A stretch of DNA of 28,658 nt from a virus (IMGVR_UViG_3300039305_000010:1-28658); one strand, 5' to 3'; counted from the first letter of the stretch, positions 15,968-25,495 are shown. Notes: generated by a model not told the origin, from the sequence alone. Translations and numbers: made by a program.

Positions 15968-17580
15968 TTGCCCTTCCTGATGCCGGTGATGCGGAAGCGG
16001 GAGCCGGTGTTGATCGTGACGCCGCCGCCAAGAAGTATCCGAACGGAGGTCAGCGCGCCAACGGCGGCAACGTGGCCGACCGTCACCCCTACGCCTGCAT
16101 GTCCCTGCCCTCGCGAAAGCACGCGCGGCCCTCTTGCCCCCCCGGATGTTCCTCGTGCGTTCTGGATTAGAGTTTCCGAGTGAGCGGGAACGGTCGCATT
16201 GCCATCGCTCGACAGCGGGATTGCCGTGTTGAATGTTGAGTTTGAGCCCGAAGACACGCCGCTGCTGGCGTAATGTTCGGCAGTGTTATAGTTGGTGGTC
16301 TGGACCGTCCCGGCAATACCGAGCTGCATCAAGGGGTAGGCGTTCGCAGCCATGATGAACAGCGCATCAATCCGGTAGCCCTCGAACTGCGTATCCGAGA
16401 ACGGCAGCGTGAAGTCGATCGCGGTGGCGCCGGCCGTGGTCGTGTAATCCCAGCAGACGACTTCGTTGTTCTTTTCGACGGTCCAGCCATTCCCCGCCGC
16501 GTTGCGGACAACCCTTACAGTTTCGGCATAGACGTTGAGGTTCGCAGCCTCCCCGTCGATTGTGTCCGACCCGTTGCGGGTGAGCGTCACATAGCGGATC
16601 GTTGCGGCGTTATAGGTGGCGTTCCGAACCAGGAAGTAGAAGTCGGCTGAGCATGCAGAGGCCGCCGGCAGCGTGAAGGAGATCGCGGCGGTGAGGCCGG
16701 TTGCGTCGAAGAGCTTTCCTTTGTCGGCCGTGGTGACCGTATAGGCGGTGGATTGCGCCGTCGGAATTAGAGCGCCGACTGCCGCCCAGCTCGCGCTAGT
16801 CCCGTCCGTGCTGAGGAACTTGCCGCTGTTGCCGCTCTGTGTGGGGAGCGCGCCGGCTGAAGCGCCTGCCTGCTGCGCCCAGTATTTGGCTGAATAGCCC
16901 GAGCCGTCCACCGTCCCGCTGGTCTTCTGCGCCCATTCGGAAGCGGTCGTGACATGACCTGCTGCGGTTGCGACGTGACCCGCTGCCGTAGTGACATGAC
17001 CGGCGGCTGTGGTTGCGCTGCTTGCCGAAGCCGTGGCGCTCGTGGCGGAAGCGGTCGCGGAGGTCGCAGCGTTCGTTGCCTGTGTAGAGGCCGTAGAAGC
17101 GTGCCCGGCCGCCGTTGTTGCGCTTCCGGCGGCAGCGGTAGCCGAATCGAGCGCAGCGCTTGCAGAGGCCGCTGCGGCGGCCGAGGCGTCTTCAACGGTT
17201 GTGTCCTTATAGAGGTTCGTGCCGTTCGACGCGATCCAAAAGGTCTTGCCCGTGGCGATCGAGGTGCTGTTCGTGCCGTTGGTGACGGTCAGCGTGCCGG
17301 TGGTCGCGTTGATGAACAGCTTCACCCACTCGGTTGCAGGCATAGCCACCTGATAGGAGCCGGTGCCCGTGAAGCGATACGCCTTGTTGCGCTGCTGGTC
17401 CGAGGCATAGTTGGTGGTCGAGAGCGTCAGGTTGCCGGTGAGCGCAATCGCCTCAACGCCGTCGATCTGCTCGTCCAGGAGGTCCAGAACGCCGTTGAGC
17501 TTGATGTGGCCCCAGGTGTTTGAATTCTCGCCCGAGCCCTGCTTCTCGAGCCGGCCACGGGAGGTTGCTGATGATGGCAT
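15964..17580 (-). CDS. tail fibre / receptor-binding protein
   Basis: Start MPSSATSRGRLEKQGSGENSNTWG (RBS AAAGGA); Ala/Ser/Thr heptad stalk; YSAKYWA and LPTQSGNSGKFLSTDGT motifs; beta-rich tip. Confidence 0.8.
   Translation of the reverse strand: MPSSATSRGRLEKQGSGENSNTWGHIKLNGVLDLLDEQIDGVEAIALTGNLTLSTTNYASDQQRNKAYRFTGTGSYQVAMPATEWVKLFINATTGTLTVTNGTNSTSIATGKTFWIASNGTNLYKDTTVEDASAAAAASASAALDSATAAAGSATTAAGHASTASTQATNAATSATASATSATASASSATTAAGHVTTAAGHVATAAGHVTTASEWAQKTSGTVDGSGYSAKYWAQQAGASAGALPTQSGNSGKFLSTDGTSASWAAVGALIPTAQSTAYTVTTADKGKLFDATGLTAAISFTLPAASACSADFYFLVRNATYNAATIRYVTLTRNGSDTIDGEAANLNVYAETVRVVRNAAGNGWTVEKNNEVVCWDYTTTAGATAIDFTLPFSDTQFEGYRIDALFIMAANAYPLMQLGIAGTVQTTNYNTAEHYASSGVSSGSNSTFNTAIPLSSDGNATVPAHSETLIQNARGTSGGARGPRVLSRGQGHAGVGVTVGHVAAVGALTSVRILLGGGVTINTGSRFRITGIRKGN
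16946..17008. repeat. 3 x 21-bp tandem repeat encoding (T/A)AAGHV(T/A) heptads
   Basis: Units 16946-16966, 16967-16987, 16988-17008. Confidence 0.8.
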
Positions 17581-17597
17581 ATATGATCCTTTGAACC

Positions 17598-18155
17598 GGT
17601 GTGGACAGCCCCCGGCGTTCACAGCGGAGATGCGGCGGGCCTGCTCAAGGCTAATTTTAGGCGATCAGGACGTTGCTGGCTTTGCGTTGAAATTGGAGCA
17701 TAAGGAGCTTGTCGCTGTCATTTCCGCCCTCGCCGAGACGAAGATCCTTGATCGCACTCTGACGGACCAGCAGCAGCGAATAATGCAAGGAGCGGGTAAA
17801 GAAGCTGGTGAAGCACAAGCCAGTGGAGAAGACGGATTGAATGAACCTGCCCTTGGGATCCTGCTTGTGGTGTTGTCCTCGATTTATCTCTGGGTATTGA
17901 GAAAAGGGCTTCGCACTGGCGAGATGCCGTTGGCTGTAATTCCTACCACTTGGGTTTCCCGCTCCGAACAGCCCTACATGTTCTGGGTGTTTGCGGCCTG
18001 GAACGTGACCATGTTCGGGGCCTTGCTCGGATTGGGCCTTCGTGAGCTGTTGACGGGTTCGTACCTTACATAATCCCCTAATTTATCCCGAGCAGGTGTG
18101 GACGGCCCCCGGCAGTCCACAGCCACATCCGGGGATGCGGCGGGCCTTCTCGAGG
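17598..18155. repeat. imperfect 55-60 bp direct repeats flanking a moron (17598-17650, 18095-18155)
   Basis: GGTGTGGAC[A/G]GCCCCCGGC...CACAGC...GATGCGGCGGGCCT.CTC.AGG in both. Confidence 0.8.
17837..18073 (+). CDS. small two-TM membrane protein (moron)
   Basis: TTG start after GGAGAA; 78 aa with two hydrophobic helices; lower GC; opposite to late operon. Confidence 0.6.
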   Translation: MNEPALGILLVVLSSIYLWVLRKGLRTGEMPLAVIPTTWVSRSEQPYMFWVFAAWNVTMFGALLGLGLRELLTGSYLT

Positions 18156-18169
18156 GATGAAATTGGCTC

Positions 18170-18406
18170 CTAGGAAACGATGGCGCGGTCAGTGGCTCTG
18201 CGCCACGCGCTGCCGTCATTGAAGGCAGGCACGGCACCGCCGATCTCATCCGTGACGTAGATCCAGCGCTTTGCCCCCGCCGGCGATGGAAGCTGCGCCT
18301 TGGAATGCTCAGGCATGTTGCCGGCGGTGCCGAGCAGGCGCTCGATCCCTTGCGCCACCACATGCATCCACTGCGGGCATTCCCGCGGCAGGAACAGCTT
18401 AACCAT
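18170..18406 (-). CDS. small virion structural protein
   Basis: 78 aa; YVTDEIGGAVPAFNDGSAWRRATDRAIVS motif seen in phage fibre/decoration modules. Confidence 0.65.
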   Translation of the reverse strand: MVKLFLPRECPQWMHVVAQGIERLLGTAGNMPEHSKAQLPSPAGAKRWIYVTDEIGGAVPAFNDGSAWRRATDRAIVS

Positions 18407-18806
18407 TGGTGATGTCGAAGGCTGAAGAGTTGGGCGGAAGTTCGGTGCCCAAGGGCTCCTCGGCTCGCCGTGCCGACTTCCGCATCAACCGCTGAAAGCT
18501 CTCCGCTTCCGCCTGACCGGCCAGGGCCATGTTCTCGGCATCCTGCCACAAATCGCGATAAAGCAGCATCCGAACGCGGGCGGCGATGAGATCGCGGGCC
18601 TCTGTCGTCCAGATGTTCGACGCTCCGTCGGTCGCGGGCGGCGTCGCCACCGTCTGGTCGTTGAACCAGAAGGGCTCTTCCGAATAATGCTCGATGGCGC
18701 TGGAGATCGCGTCCGCCAGCTCCGCTTCGCTCTCCGCTCCGGAGGCGATGTCATCCTTGTTCGTCTGGAGACGAATTCGGGTCTTGAGCTCGCCCAAGGT
18801 CGCCAC
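18399..18806 (-). CDS. head-tail adaptor-like protein (short form)
   Basis: GTG start after GAGGAGG; TLGELKTRI...AIEHY...FWFN...NIWTTEARDLI motifs. Confidence 0.65.
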   Translation of the reverse strand: MATLGELKTRIRLQTNKDDIASGAESEAELADAISSAIEHYSEEPFWFNDQTVATPPATDGASNIWTTEARDLIAARVRMLLYRDLWQDAENMALAGQAEAESFQRLMRKSARRAEEPLGTELPPNSSAFDITNG

Positions 18807-18821
18807 GGGCCCCTCCTCTTC

Positions 18822-18847
18822 AAAAAAAAGCCCGCTCAGTGGCGGGC
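18822..18847 (-). terminator. intrinsic terminator
   Basis: GCCCGC-CACTGA-GCGGGC followed by T8 on minus strand. Confidence 0.8.
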
Positions 18848-18855
18848 GGCGTGCA

Positions 18856-19122
18856 CTAGCGAGGTCTTTTTTGGCAGTGCGCTGTGGTCTCTATCGTCAC
18901 GGCCTCCGAGAACGGCACCGTCATGACCAGCTGGCGGTTCTCGTCCTCGATCTCGATGAACCATGCCATGTTCAAGGCGCCTCTTCGAAGCTCGCCCGCA
19001 AGAAGGTCCCGCAATCCGTTGATTGCCTTTGCCCGGGCGGCAGGAACGCTTGGAAGTTCCAGGCCTTCTTCATCCTCGGTGAAGCCGTTGCCGTCGCAAA
19101 CGTGGAAATAGAAACGGGGCAT
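18856..19122 (-). CDS. DUF6894-like protein (moron)
   Basis: MPRFYFHVCDG...DEEGLELPS..AARAKA...IEIEDENRQLVMTVPF. Confidence 0.8.
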   Translation of the reverse strand: MPRFYFHVCDGNGFTEDEEGLELPSVPAARAKAINGLRDLLAGELRRGALNMAWFIEIEDENRQLVMTVPFSEAVTIETTAHCQKRPR

Positions 19123-19130
19123 TCCACTCC

Positions 19131-19155
19131 AACGCGACCGCGACTCCGGAGTTTC
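19131..19155 (-). promoter_or_regulatory. sigmaEcfG (general stress) promoter-like motif
   Basis: GAAAC-N16-CGTT, 8 nt upstream of the DUF6894 ATG; consensus is GGAAC-N16/17-CGTT. Confidence 0.45.
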
Positions 19156-19264
19156 GCTCCGGAACATTTGTCACGGAGGTTTCGAGGCTCCGGCTTCTGC
19201 TTGGCGAACGTCCGTAGCCGCTCATTCCAGCCCGGCCTCGTCCCGTCACATCGATCCGCGCCTG

Positions 19265-19298
19265 AAGATAAAGGGAGGGAGCCCGAGCCCCCTCCCCG
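19265..19298 (-). terminator. terminator after coat gene
   Basis: GGGAGGGGG-CTCGGG-CTCCCTCCC then TTTATCTT. Confidence 0.65.
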
Positions 19299-19303
19299 CA
19301 TTG

Positions 19304-20485
19304 TTACGCCTGGTTGGCAAGGCGGCAGGCAAGCTCCTGGCGGAGCGTCTTGTAGCCGTAGAGGACATCGAGACGGCAGGGGAACTTGTCGTTGTTGATG
19401 TCGTACTGGCGAACGATCCGCATCGAGATGCCGTCGAACACCTGGCGGGCGGACCAATCCACGCCGGAAGGCATGACAAGATCGGCCGTTGCAAAGGCAA
19501 AGGCGTCCGGGTGGTAGAGCAGCGACTGGCCGTAATTGGTCGAGGCCGTACCAGCGATCGTCACCGCCGCAGTCGAGGACGGCAGCGCCGCCACGTTCTG
19601 CTTGGCACCTGACGACACGATCGCCGGGCTGATCGAAACGGTGCCGGCGCCGCCTGCATGGTCCGCAGTGACGACGAACTGCTTCAGAATGCCGCTGTCC
19701 ACCTTCGTTTCATCATGGACGCTGTTGACGCCCGCAATGGTGATGACCTCGCCTGCCCTGATGGTGCCGGTGCCGGTGCCGACCGCGATAGTGGTGGCGC
19801 CGGAGGCCGGCTGTGCGGTCAGCACATAGCCTGCACCCGAACCGCGCAGCTGCGTCGACAGGTGGGTGGATTCCGAAAAGTCGAACCCGGCCGTGCGGCC
19901 CATCTTGCCTTCGCGATATTGCTCGGCAACCGCCTTGCCGTCGTTGAACAGGCCTTTGAGGGCATCGACGAGGTTGACGCTGTCGGTGGTGTTGACGAGC
20001 GCCTGCCAGTCCCCGGCTGGAACGAGGTTGTCGACCATCTTCTTCCGGCCCTCGAGCACCTTGGCCAGCGTAATCGCCGAAGCCTGGTTGTTGACCTGGG
20101 AGGCGACGTCACGACGCATCGAGATCGCATCGGCTTCGATCGCCGCTGCGAGCACCGACATCGCCGGCTGGATGATGCGCTTGGAGAAATCGTCCAGGTT
20201 CATGGTGAGGTCGACGGAGGTGAAGTTGAGATCGACACCCTTCTGGGTCGCGACCTGGAGCGTCACCGAGCTCTCGTTGCTGTCCTGCGCCGACAGCGTG
20301 GCGCCCGTTCGGACAACATACTGGTTGGGCAGTCGGATCTTGAGGCTGTCGCCGATCTTCGCGCCGGACTTGGCGAAGCTATCGTCATACTGCCGATTGA
20401 TCGATCCGACGAAGTTGAGCTTCTGGTGGAGAATGCGGAGGCTCTCGCGAGTCACCGCAGTGGGAGTGAGAAGTGCGTTAGGCAT
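19304..20485 (-). CDS. P22 gp5-like major capsid protein
   Basis: 393 aa; N..LTP..VTRESLRILH, KIGDSLKIRLP, RLDVLYG motifs. Confidence 0.93.
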   Translation of the reverse strand: MPNALLTPTAVTRESLRILHQKLNFVGSINRQYDDSFAKSGAKIGDSLKIRLPNQYVVRTGATLSAQDSNESSVTLQVATQKGVDLNFTSVDLTMNLDDFSKRIIQPAMSVLAAAIEADAISMRRDVASQVNNQASAITLAKVLEGRKKMVDNLVPAGDWQALVNTTDSVNLVDALKGLFNDGKAVAEQYREGKMGRTAGFDFSESTHLSTQLRGSGAGYVLTAQPASGATTIAVGTGTGTIRAGEVITIAGVNSVHDETKVDSGILKQFVVTADHAGGAGTVSISPAIVSSGAKQNVAALPSSTAAVTIAGTASTNYGQSLLYHPDAFAFATADLVMPSGVDWSARQVFDGISMRIVRQYDINNDKFPCRLDVLYGYKTLRQELACRLANQA

Positions 20486-20537
20486 AATGAAAAATCACTT
20501 TCCGTGAACATGCCGTCTCACGACGGGAATCCGGGGT

Positions 20538-21392
20538 TTATCGGCCCCGAACCTGTTGGGATCTTTGCTTCATCCAGGCATCGATTGAGGCCCGATCGTC
20601 GGCCTTCGCTTTGGGAGGCGCTCCCGCGGCAACTTTCGGTGCCGGCTGAACCTGTTGGGCCTTGAGATGCTTGTTTGCAGCGGCTGCTTTCTTGGCAGTC
20701 TCGTGGAACTGGAAGGCTGCGTGGAGGACTCGCGCGATCCGGGGATCGTGGATGTCGTCAAGCTCGTCGGGCGTGAACCCGAAAGTCTTGCCGGCAAAGT
20801 CCACCAGCTTGGCCGCAGTCCCTGTTGACCAGCCGGGGATCGCCCTGTCGAGCTCGGCGCGACCGTCCTCCATCCGCTTGGCAGTTTCCTGCTGCTTCTG
20901 GAGCTCGCGTTCCTGCTTCGATTTGGCGAGGAAGTTCGCGGCATGGCCGCGCTGATCCTTCAAGATCTGGAACTTCTGAAAAGCCTTTTGCGCCTCAAAA
21001 GGATCGTCGTCCGCCCAGCGCTCCCAATCGACTTGTCTGTAATTGAGGAGCTGCTGATCGATGCTCCGAACCGCTGCGTAGGCGTTCAATTCCGCTTCCG
21101 AGGCTTGCTCGACCATGGAGCGCTGATCGGCAATTGCCTTGCGCTCCGCTGCGAGTTCCTGCGTCTTGCGGGTATAATCCGCCTGCATCATCAGTTCGGG
21201 CTTGAGCGCTGCGGGGATCTTGTACCTCTTCCCGTCGCGCTCGATCTCTTCGAGCTCGTCTTCCGCTTCGGCTTCCGCGTCGATCGGGTTGCCAAAATCA
21301 TCGAGCTCGGGCTCGTTCGTCTCGACTTCCGCTTCGACTTCGGTTTTAACGTCCTCGGCTTCGGCCAGATTGGTCGCGTCTTCGTTTTCCAT
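20538..21392 (-). CDS. scaffolding protein
   Basis: Acidic N-terminus, MQADYTRKTQELA motif, coiled-coil; immediately upstream of coat. Confidence 0.85.
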   Translation of the reverse strand: MENEDATNLAEAEDVKTEVEAEVETNEPELDDFGNPIDAEAEAEDELEEIERDGKRYKIPAALKPELMMQADYTRKTQELAAERKAIADQRSMVEQASEAELNAYAAVRSIDQQLLNYRQVDWERWADDDPFEAQKAFQKFQILKDQRGHAANFLAKSKQERELQKQQETAKRMEDGRAELDRAIPGWSTGTAAKLVDFAGKTFGFTPDELDDIHDPRIARVLHAAFQFHETAKKAAAANKHLKAQQVQPAPKVAAGAPPKAKADDRASIDAWMKQRSQQVRGR

Positions 21393-21595
21393 CTGTCAGT
21401 CCTTGGGAACATGGCGTCTCGGGACCCCATCAAATTGGCAACGGATCCGAGGCGACTTCCGGGGGAAGTCGCGCCGAGGCCATTACTTTGATGGGCACCC
21501 GCTAGGACGCGCTTTCGGCCACTGCCCGGCACCGTGCCGCGCTTGGTGGGAGATTTCGTTGGAAGTGCTTCCAAATAACAGGAAGGGGCTCTGAC

Positions 21596-21718
21596 TTGGC
21601 AGCGCCACTACAACGCTGCTATCGGTCAATTGTCGGGGGAGCTTCCGATTGCCGGTGCGCCCAACGTCTCTGACGCGGCCCCGTCGGCCTTGTGCCGGAC
21701 CCCGACAACTTCTTATTT
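21596..21718 (+). ncRNA. candidate sRNA module 7
   Basis: TTGGCA(21596)-N18-TATCGG(21620); perfect stem TTGTCGGGG 21630-21638 / CCCCGACAA 21700-21708, then CTTCTTATTT. Confidence 0.4.
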
Positions 21719-21930
21719 CGAAGCATGGCTGTGCCGGTCAAAGTTTAGTGACGGCTTGGATATTTATGTCTGGCCGTCGCCACTCAGCGTTGCAAGCCGT
21801 AGCCGGACCCCTCGGCGCCTGAGTCTCCACATTGACGCCATTGGAAAGCGTATCGAACCTGGGAGACGATGATATTCCATTATTTCCAAGGGAATGGGCG
21901 TACGGATACGGCCCCAGCTTGCACCGTGCC

Positions 21931-22092
21931 TTAGCGTATCCCTGCAAGGTCCCGGCGGTGGACGGGATCGGCCATGGGCGGGATAAGCCCGTTCAAATTG
22001 GCTTGGTTTTGCTCATCGAGAACAGCGGGACTTGTGGCGCTGAGATGCCTGGGAAACACGCCGTGGGCGCGCCGCCCGAAGAGCCCTGTCAT
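21931..22092 (-). pseudogene. truncated MTGLFG-leader gene, probable decayed effector
   Basis: 53 aa starting 5 nt after portal stop; N-terminus resembles MAGLFG (28658) and MGLFN (10799). Confidence 0.4.
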
Positions 22093-22097
22093 GCTCA

Positions 22098-24212
22098 TCA
22101 GGCCGCCTCCCCATATGGCGATTTGAACACGGGCGGCTGCGTTGCCTGCATGCGGGCGGTCTCCGCCTCATAGCCCTTGATGCCGAGCTCCTGGCTCTTG
22201 ATCTCCAGCTCCCTGGCCTTGAGCATCATTTCCTGCTGCTTTGCCCCGGTGGCTTGGCGGAGCTGCTGGTTCTCGGCGCGAAGCTGCTGGATGAGCGCCA
22301 TCCCCTCCTCCATCTGCTGAGCGAGCTCAGGCGGGATCGCCGGACCCGTTGCGTTGCCCCCGGCCGGCGACTCTCCAGCCTGCCCCTCGCCCATCGCTGC
22401 CTTGATCTCCGGCGGAAGCATGATCTTCAGGCGCTGCGCGATCTCGTCGGCACCGGGCCAGTCGAGGTTCTTCGCGACGATGTCGCCGATGACCGGCCCC
22501 AATTCGGGAGAGCCGCGAAGCCACTCCTGCATCTGAAGCGCAGCCTCTTCCCGCCGCGACGTGAAGGAGGGGCCGGCAGTGACGGTGAGGTCATACTTGC
22601 CGACGGTCAGATCATGCACGCGGGAAACCGCCGCCAGAGGCCCGCTCGGCACTCCTGAAGCCGCCGAGGCATCGGGAGCGCCCGAAGCGCCCTCCCGCTG
22701 CTGTGGCTGCGCTCCCGGCGCGATCTGGACAGTCTGCGGCGTCATGTTTTCCCCAAGCACTCGGATCATCCGCTCGGTCGTGTAGACCTTGGGGATGAGG
22801 TCGAGAACGATCCGCCCCGAATGGCGGATTGCGCGGCTGAGATTGTCGATGAAGTGGAAGGTCGAAACATCGCCCTCGAGCTTGCGCGCATTGATCGCCA
22901 CGCCGCTGGTCTCGTTAGAGCGGGCGCCCAGGGATGCATCGTAGATGCCGGTGATCGCCTTGATGTCGTCGGACGCGTTCAGCGCCTCCTGAAGCGCGCC
23001 GGCGGGCATCCCGGCGAACGGGTTGCGCTCCGGCGCCCGCGGCCCATCATATTCGAGATAGGGATGGTTCTGGGTATTGGCGGTCTGCCACTTGGCATGA
23101 TCGGTGTCGAACGCGCCCTTGGGGCCGATGAACGGCGCCTTGGGAGCAAGCGCAACCAGCTCGGTCGCCATGGTGCGCCAATAGTTGAACATGCGCTGCG
23201 GATCCTTGGCGTCCCGGATCAGCGATCGGAAATGCCGCTTGCCCTCGATCACCACCTCGTCGCCATAGACGGGGACGATCGGGATATATTTCCCGGCCCA
23301 GTCGACCTTGGAAAGCTCCTCGCCTCCGGTCATTACTCGAAGCGTGACTTTGTGGCTGCTCACCTCCCGGGTCTGGCCGATCGGCTTCACTGCAAGCGCA
23401 TCGAACAGCGCCTTGTTCTTCTCATACTCGCTGACCTTGACCACCTGCCCGTCGGACAAGGCGATGATCTTGTCCTTCACCCTCTCGCGGCGCCAGTAGC
23501 GGGCGATCATCACTTCCTCGCCGTCGATCCAGGGCGTGCCGAGGCCGAGATAGCCCGCCTCTTCCCAGTTGACCGGATCCGCGCCCTTATATTCGCGCTC
23601 GAAGCGGTCCTTGGCCAGCATCTCGACCTGGAACGCCGTGTCCCAGTCGGAACTGTCGGCGGCACCCGAATAAGGATCGCCATAGACGGTGAGCGGGTTC
23701 GACACGCGCTCGATCGCGATGTCCTGCTCGAATATGGATTGGTTCGAACTGCCCCCCGGCAGTCCGAAGCCATCTTCGGGGAAGATGGCGGCCAATCCAT
23801 CGTCGCACGAGTAACGGGTGTTGATCGCCCAATAGCCGAAGCCGCCGGTGACCGCGCTCTCGATCGCCGTGTCGTAGGCGACGTCGGCGTCCGAGCTCAC
23901 CTCGATGTTGCGGACGAGCCCCGTCAGGACTTCGGCGGTCTGCGGATCGGCCCCGCTGTCCTGCGGGTGGATCCGACACGCCGGCTTGTTCTGCCGCGCG
24001 TCGTTGACCACCTGGCGGATGAACACGGGCAGCTTGTTGAGGGTGAGGCACGGCCGCCCTTCGCGCTCGCGCTGCTGCCTGATCTGGTCCGGCCACTGCT
24101 CGCCCATTCGGGCAAAGCGCAGATCTTCCAGAAACTCCCTGCGGTTGTCGTTCTCGACTTCGGCGCAAAGCTCGAACGCCTCACGGGCCTCTTTCAGGAT
24201 GTCATTGCTCAT
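22098..24212 (-). CDS. P22 gp1-like portal protein
   Basis: GEQWP, RPCLTLNKL, IPIVPVYG, AKDPQRMFNYW, SNETSGVAINAR; ATGA overlap with terL stop favours start at 24212. Confidence 0.95.
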   Translation of the reverse strand: MSNDILKEAREAFELCAEVENDNRREFLEDLRFARMGEQWPDQIRQQREREGRPCLTLNKLPVFIRQVVNDARQNKPACRIHPQDSGADPQTAEVLTGLVRNIEVSSDADVAYDTAIESAVTGGFGYWAINTRYSCDDGLAAIFPEDGFGLPGGSSNQSIFEQDIAIERVSNPLTVYGDPYSGAADSSDWDTAFQVEMLAKDRFEREYKGADPVNWEEAGYLGLGTPWIDGEEVMIARYWRRERVKDKIIALSDGQVVKVSEYEKNKALFDALAVKPIGQTREVSSHKVTLRVMTGGEELSKVDWAGKYIPIVPVYGDEVVIEGKRHFRSLIRDAKDPQRMFNYWRTMATELVALAPKAPFIGPKGAFDTDHAKWQTANTQNHPYLEYDGPRAPERNPFAGMPAGALQEALNASDDIKAITGIYDASLGARSNETSGVAINARKLEGDVSTFHFIDNLSRAIRHSGRIVLDLIPKVYTTERMIRVLGENMTPQTVQIAPGAQPQQREGASGAPDASAASGVPSGPLAAVSRVHDLTVGKYDLTVTAGPSFTSRREEAALQMQEWLRGSPELGPVIGDIVAKNLDWPGADEIAQRLKIMLPPEIKAAMGEGQAGESPAGGNATGPAIPPELAQQMEEGMALIQQLRAENQQLRQATGAKQQEMMLKARELEIKSQELGIKGYEAETARMQATQPPVFKSPYGEAA

Positions 24213-25495
24213 CCCATCCACCCCCCTGCCCCTGCGTAAAAGTCCCGCGGCTTCTTCGCTTCCCGCGGAGCTTCATAGGCGATGCACATCAGCCCGAATG
24301 CGTCGGCAGCGTGGCTTGCCCAGTCATGTTCCGGGCCGAGCCCGATGCCGCGCTTGCTGTCCACGCGCTCGTGGTAGGCGGCGAGGCATTTCACCCCGTG
24401 CCGCGTCGTTTCTTCGTTGAACCATATCGCCGGGAACAGCCGGCGGGCGGCTTCAATGCGCTGCATCGCTGCACCCTTTCCCTGGTTGGGAACCGTCTGG
24501 ACCTGGAAGCCGGCCTGCCGAAGATGGTCCTCGAACTTGATCGCGGTGAAGCCGTCGCGCCTGGCCCCGTCATGGGGAAGGACGCACAACGCATCGCCGT
24601 GCCCGCTCGATCGCAGCCAGTTGGCGTAATAGCTGAGCGGCTGTCCCTGGCCCTCGCAATAGTCGAGGACTCGGATTTCCCGGCCAACGAACTGGGCCAC
24701 CCAGATCGACGTGCTGTCGCTGACGCCGAGATCCCAGAAGGCCCGCTTCTGCATCAGCGGATCGGCCGCCACCGCCCCGATGCGGCCCGCCTGCCGGGCA
24801 TCCGCCAGTTGCTTTGCGAAATAGGCGCCGTCGACCGCCGTGACATAGCCTCCGCCCCAGACATGCTCTGCCTTGGCCGGGTCCGATGCATAATCGAACT
24901 CCATCTCGGCCTGGAGCGGTGTGCCTGCAAACCAGGGATTGTCACGCCATGACACCTCTTTGACGAAGCTGTCTGGCGGAGGCCCCTGATGCCCTCGAAA
25001 GAAGCGATCAACCGGGTCATGCTCGAACTCGGGGTTCCAGATGAACCACAGTTCCGACCCGGGCTTGCGCATGGTCGGGCGAATGATCTTCAGCGATCGC
25101 TCGCTGAAGGCGCTGGCCTCCTCCCCCCAGAAGATGTCCGCGCCTTCGAGCGACTTGATGGCATCCGGATTGCGCCACATGCCGATATAGGTGAACTGCG
25201 ATCCGTTGCGGCCCTTGGTGATCTTGTCCTGGCAGTGGAAGCGGCTCTCCAGCCCCAGCGCCTTGATCTTGTCCTCGATGAGCCGCTTGGACGATTGGCG
25301 AAGGCTCTGCTGGATCTCGCGGGCGCAGACGATGCGCAGTGGCTTTTGCGCAGCCATGATCACGAGAGCGGTCGCAACGCTGTGCGACTTGGCCGAACCG
25401 CGGCCGCCATAAAAGGCCTTGTAGCGATGCGGCTCGAACAATCCTCTGAACGCGCTGGGGATCTGGACTTCAGACAAACCGAATGGTGAGGCCAT
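24209..25495 (-). CDS. terL: terminase large subunit (PBSX/Terminase_3 type)
   Basis: YGGRGSAKS Walker A, WGEEA Walker B, WDLGVSD and HDWASHAADAF nuclease motifs. Confidence 0.95.
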   Translation of the reverse strand: MASPFGLSEVQIPSAFRGLFEPHRYKAFYGGRGSAKSHSVATALVIMAAQKPLRIVCAREIQQSLRQSSKRLIEDKIKALGLESRFHCQDKITKGRNGSQFTYIGMWRNPDAIKSLEGADIFWGEEASAFSERSLKIIRPTMRKPGSELWFIWNPEFEHDPVDRFFRGHQGPPPDSFVKEVSWRDNPWFAGTPLQAEMEFDYASDPAKAEHVWGGGYVTAVDGAYFAKQLADARQAGRIGAVAADPLMQKRAFWDLGVSDSTSIWVAQFVGREIRVLDYCEGQGQPLSYYANWLRSSGHGDALCVLPHDGARRDGFTAIKFEDHLRQAGFQVQTVPNQGKGAAMQRIEAARRLFPAIWFNEETTRHGVKCLAAYHERVDSKRGIGLGPEHDWASHAADAFGLMCIAYEAPREAKKPRDFYAGAGGWMG

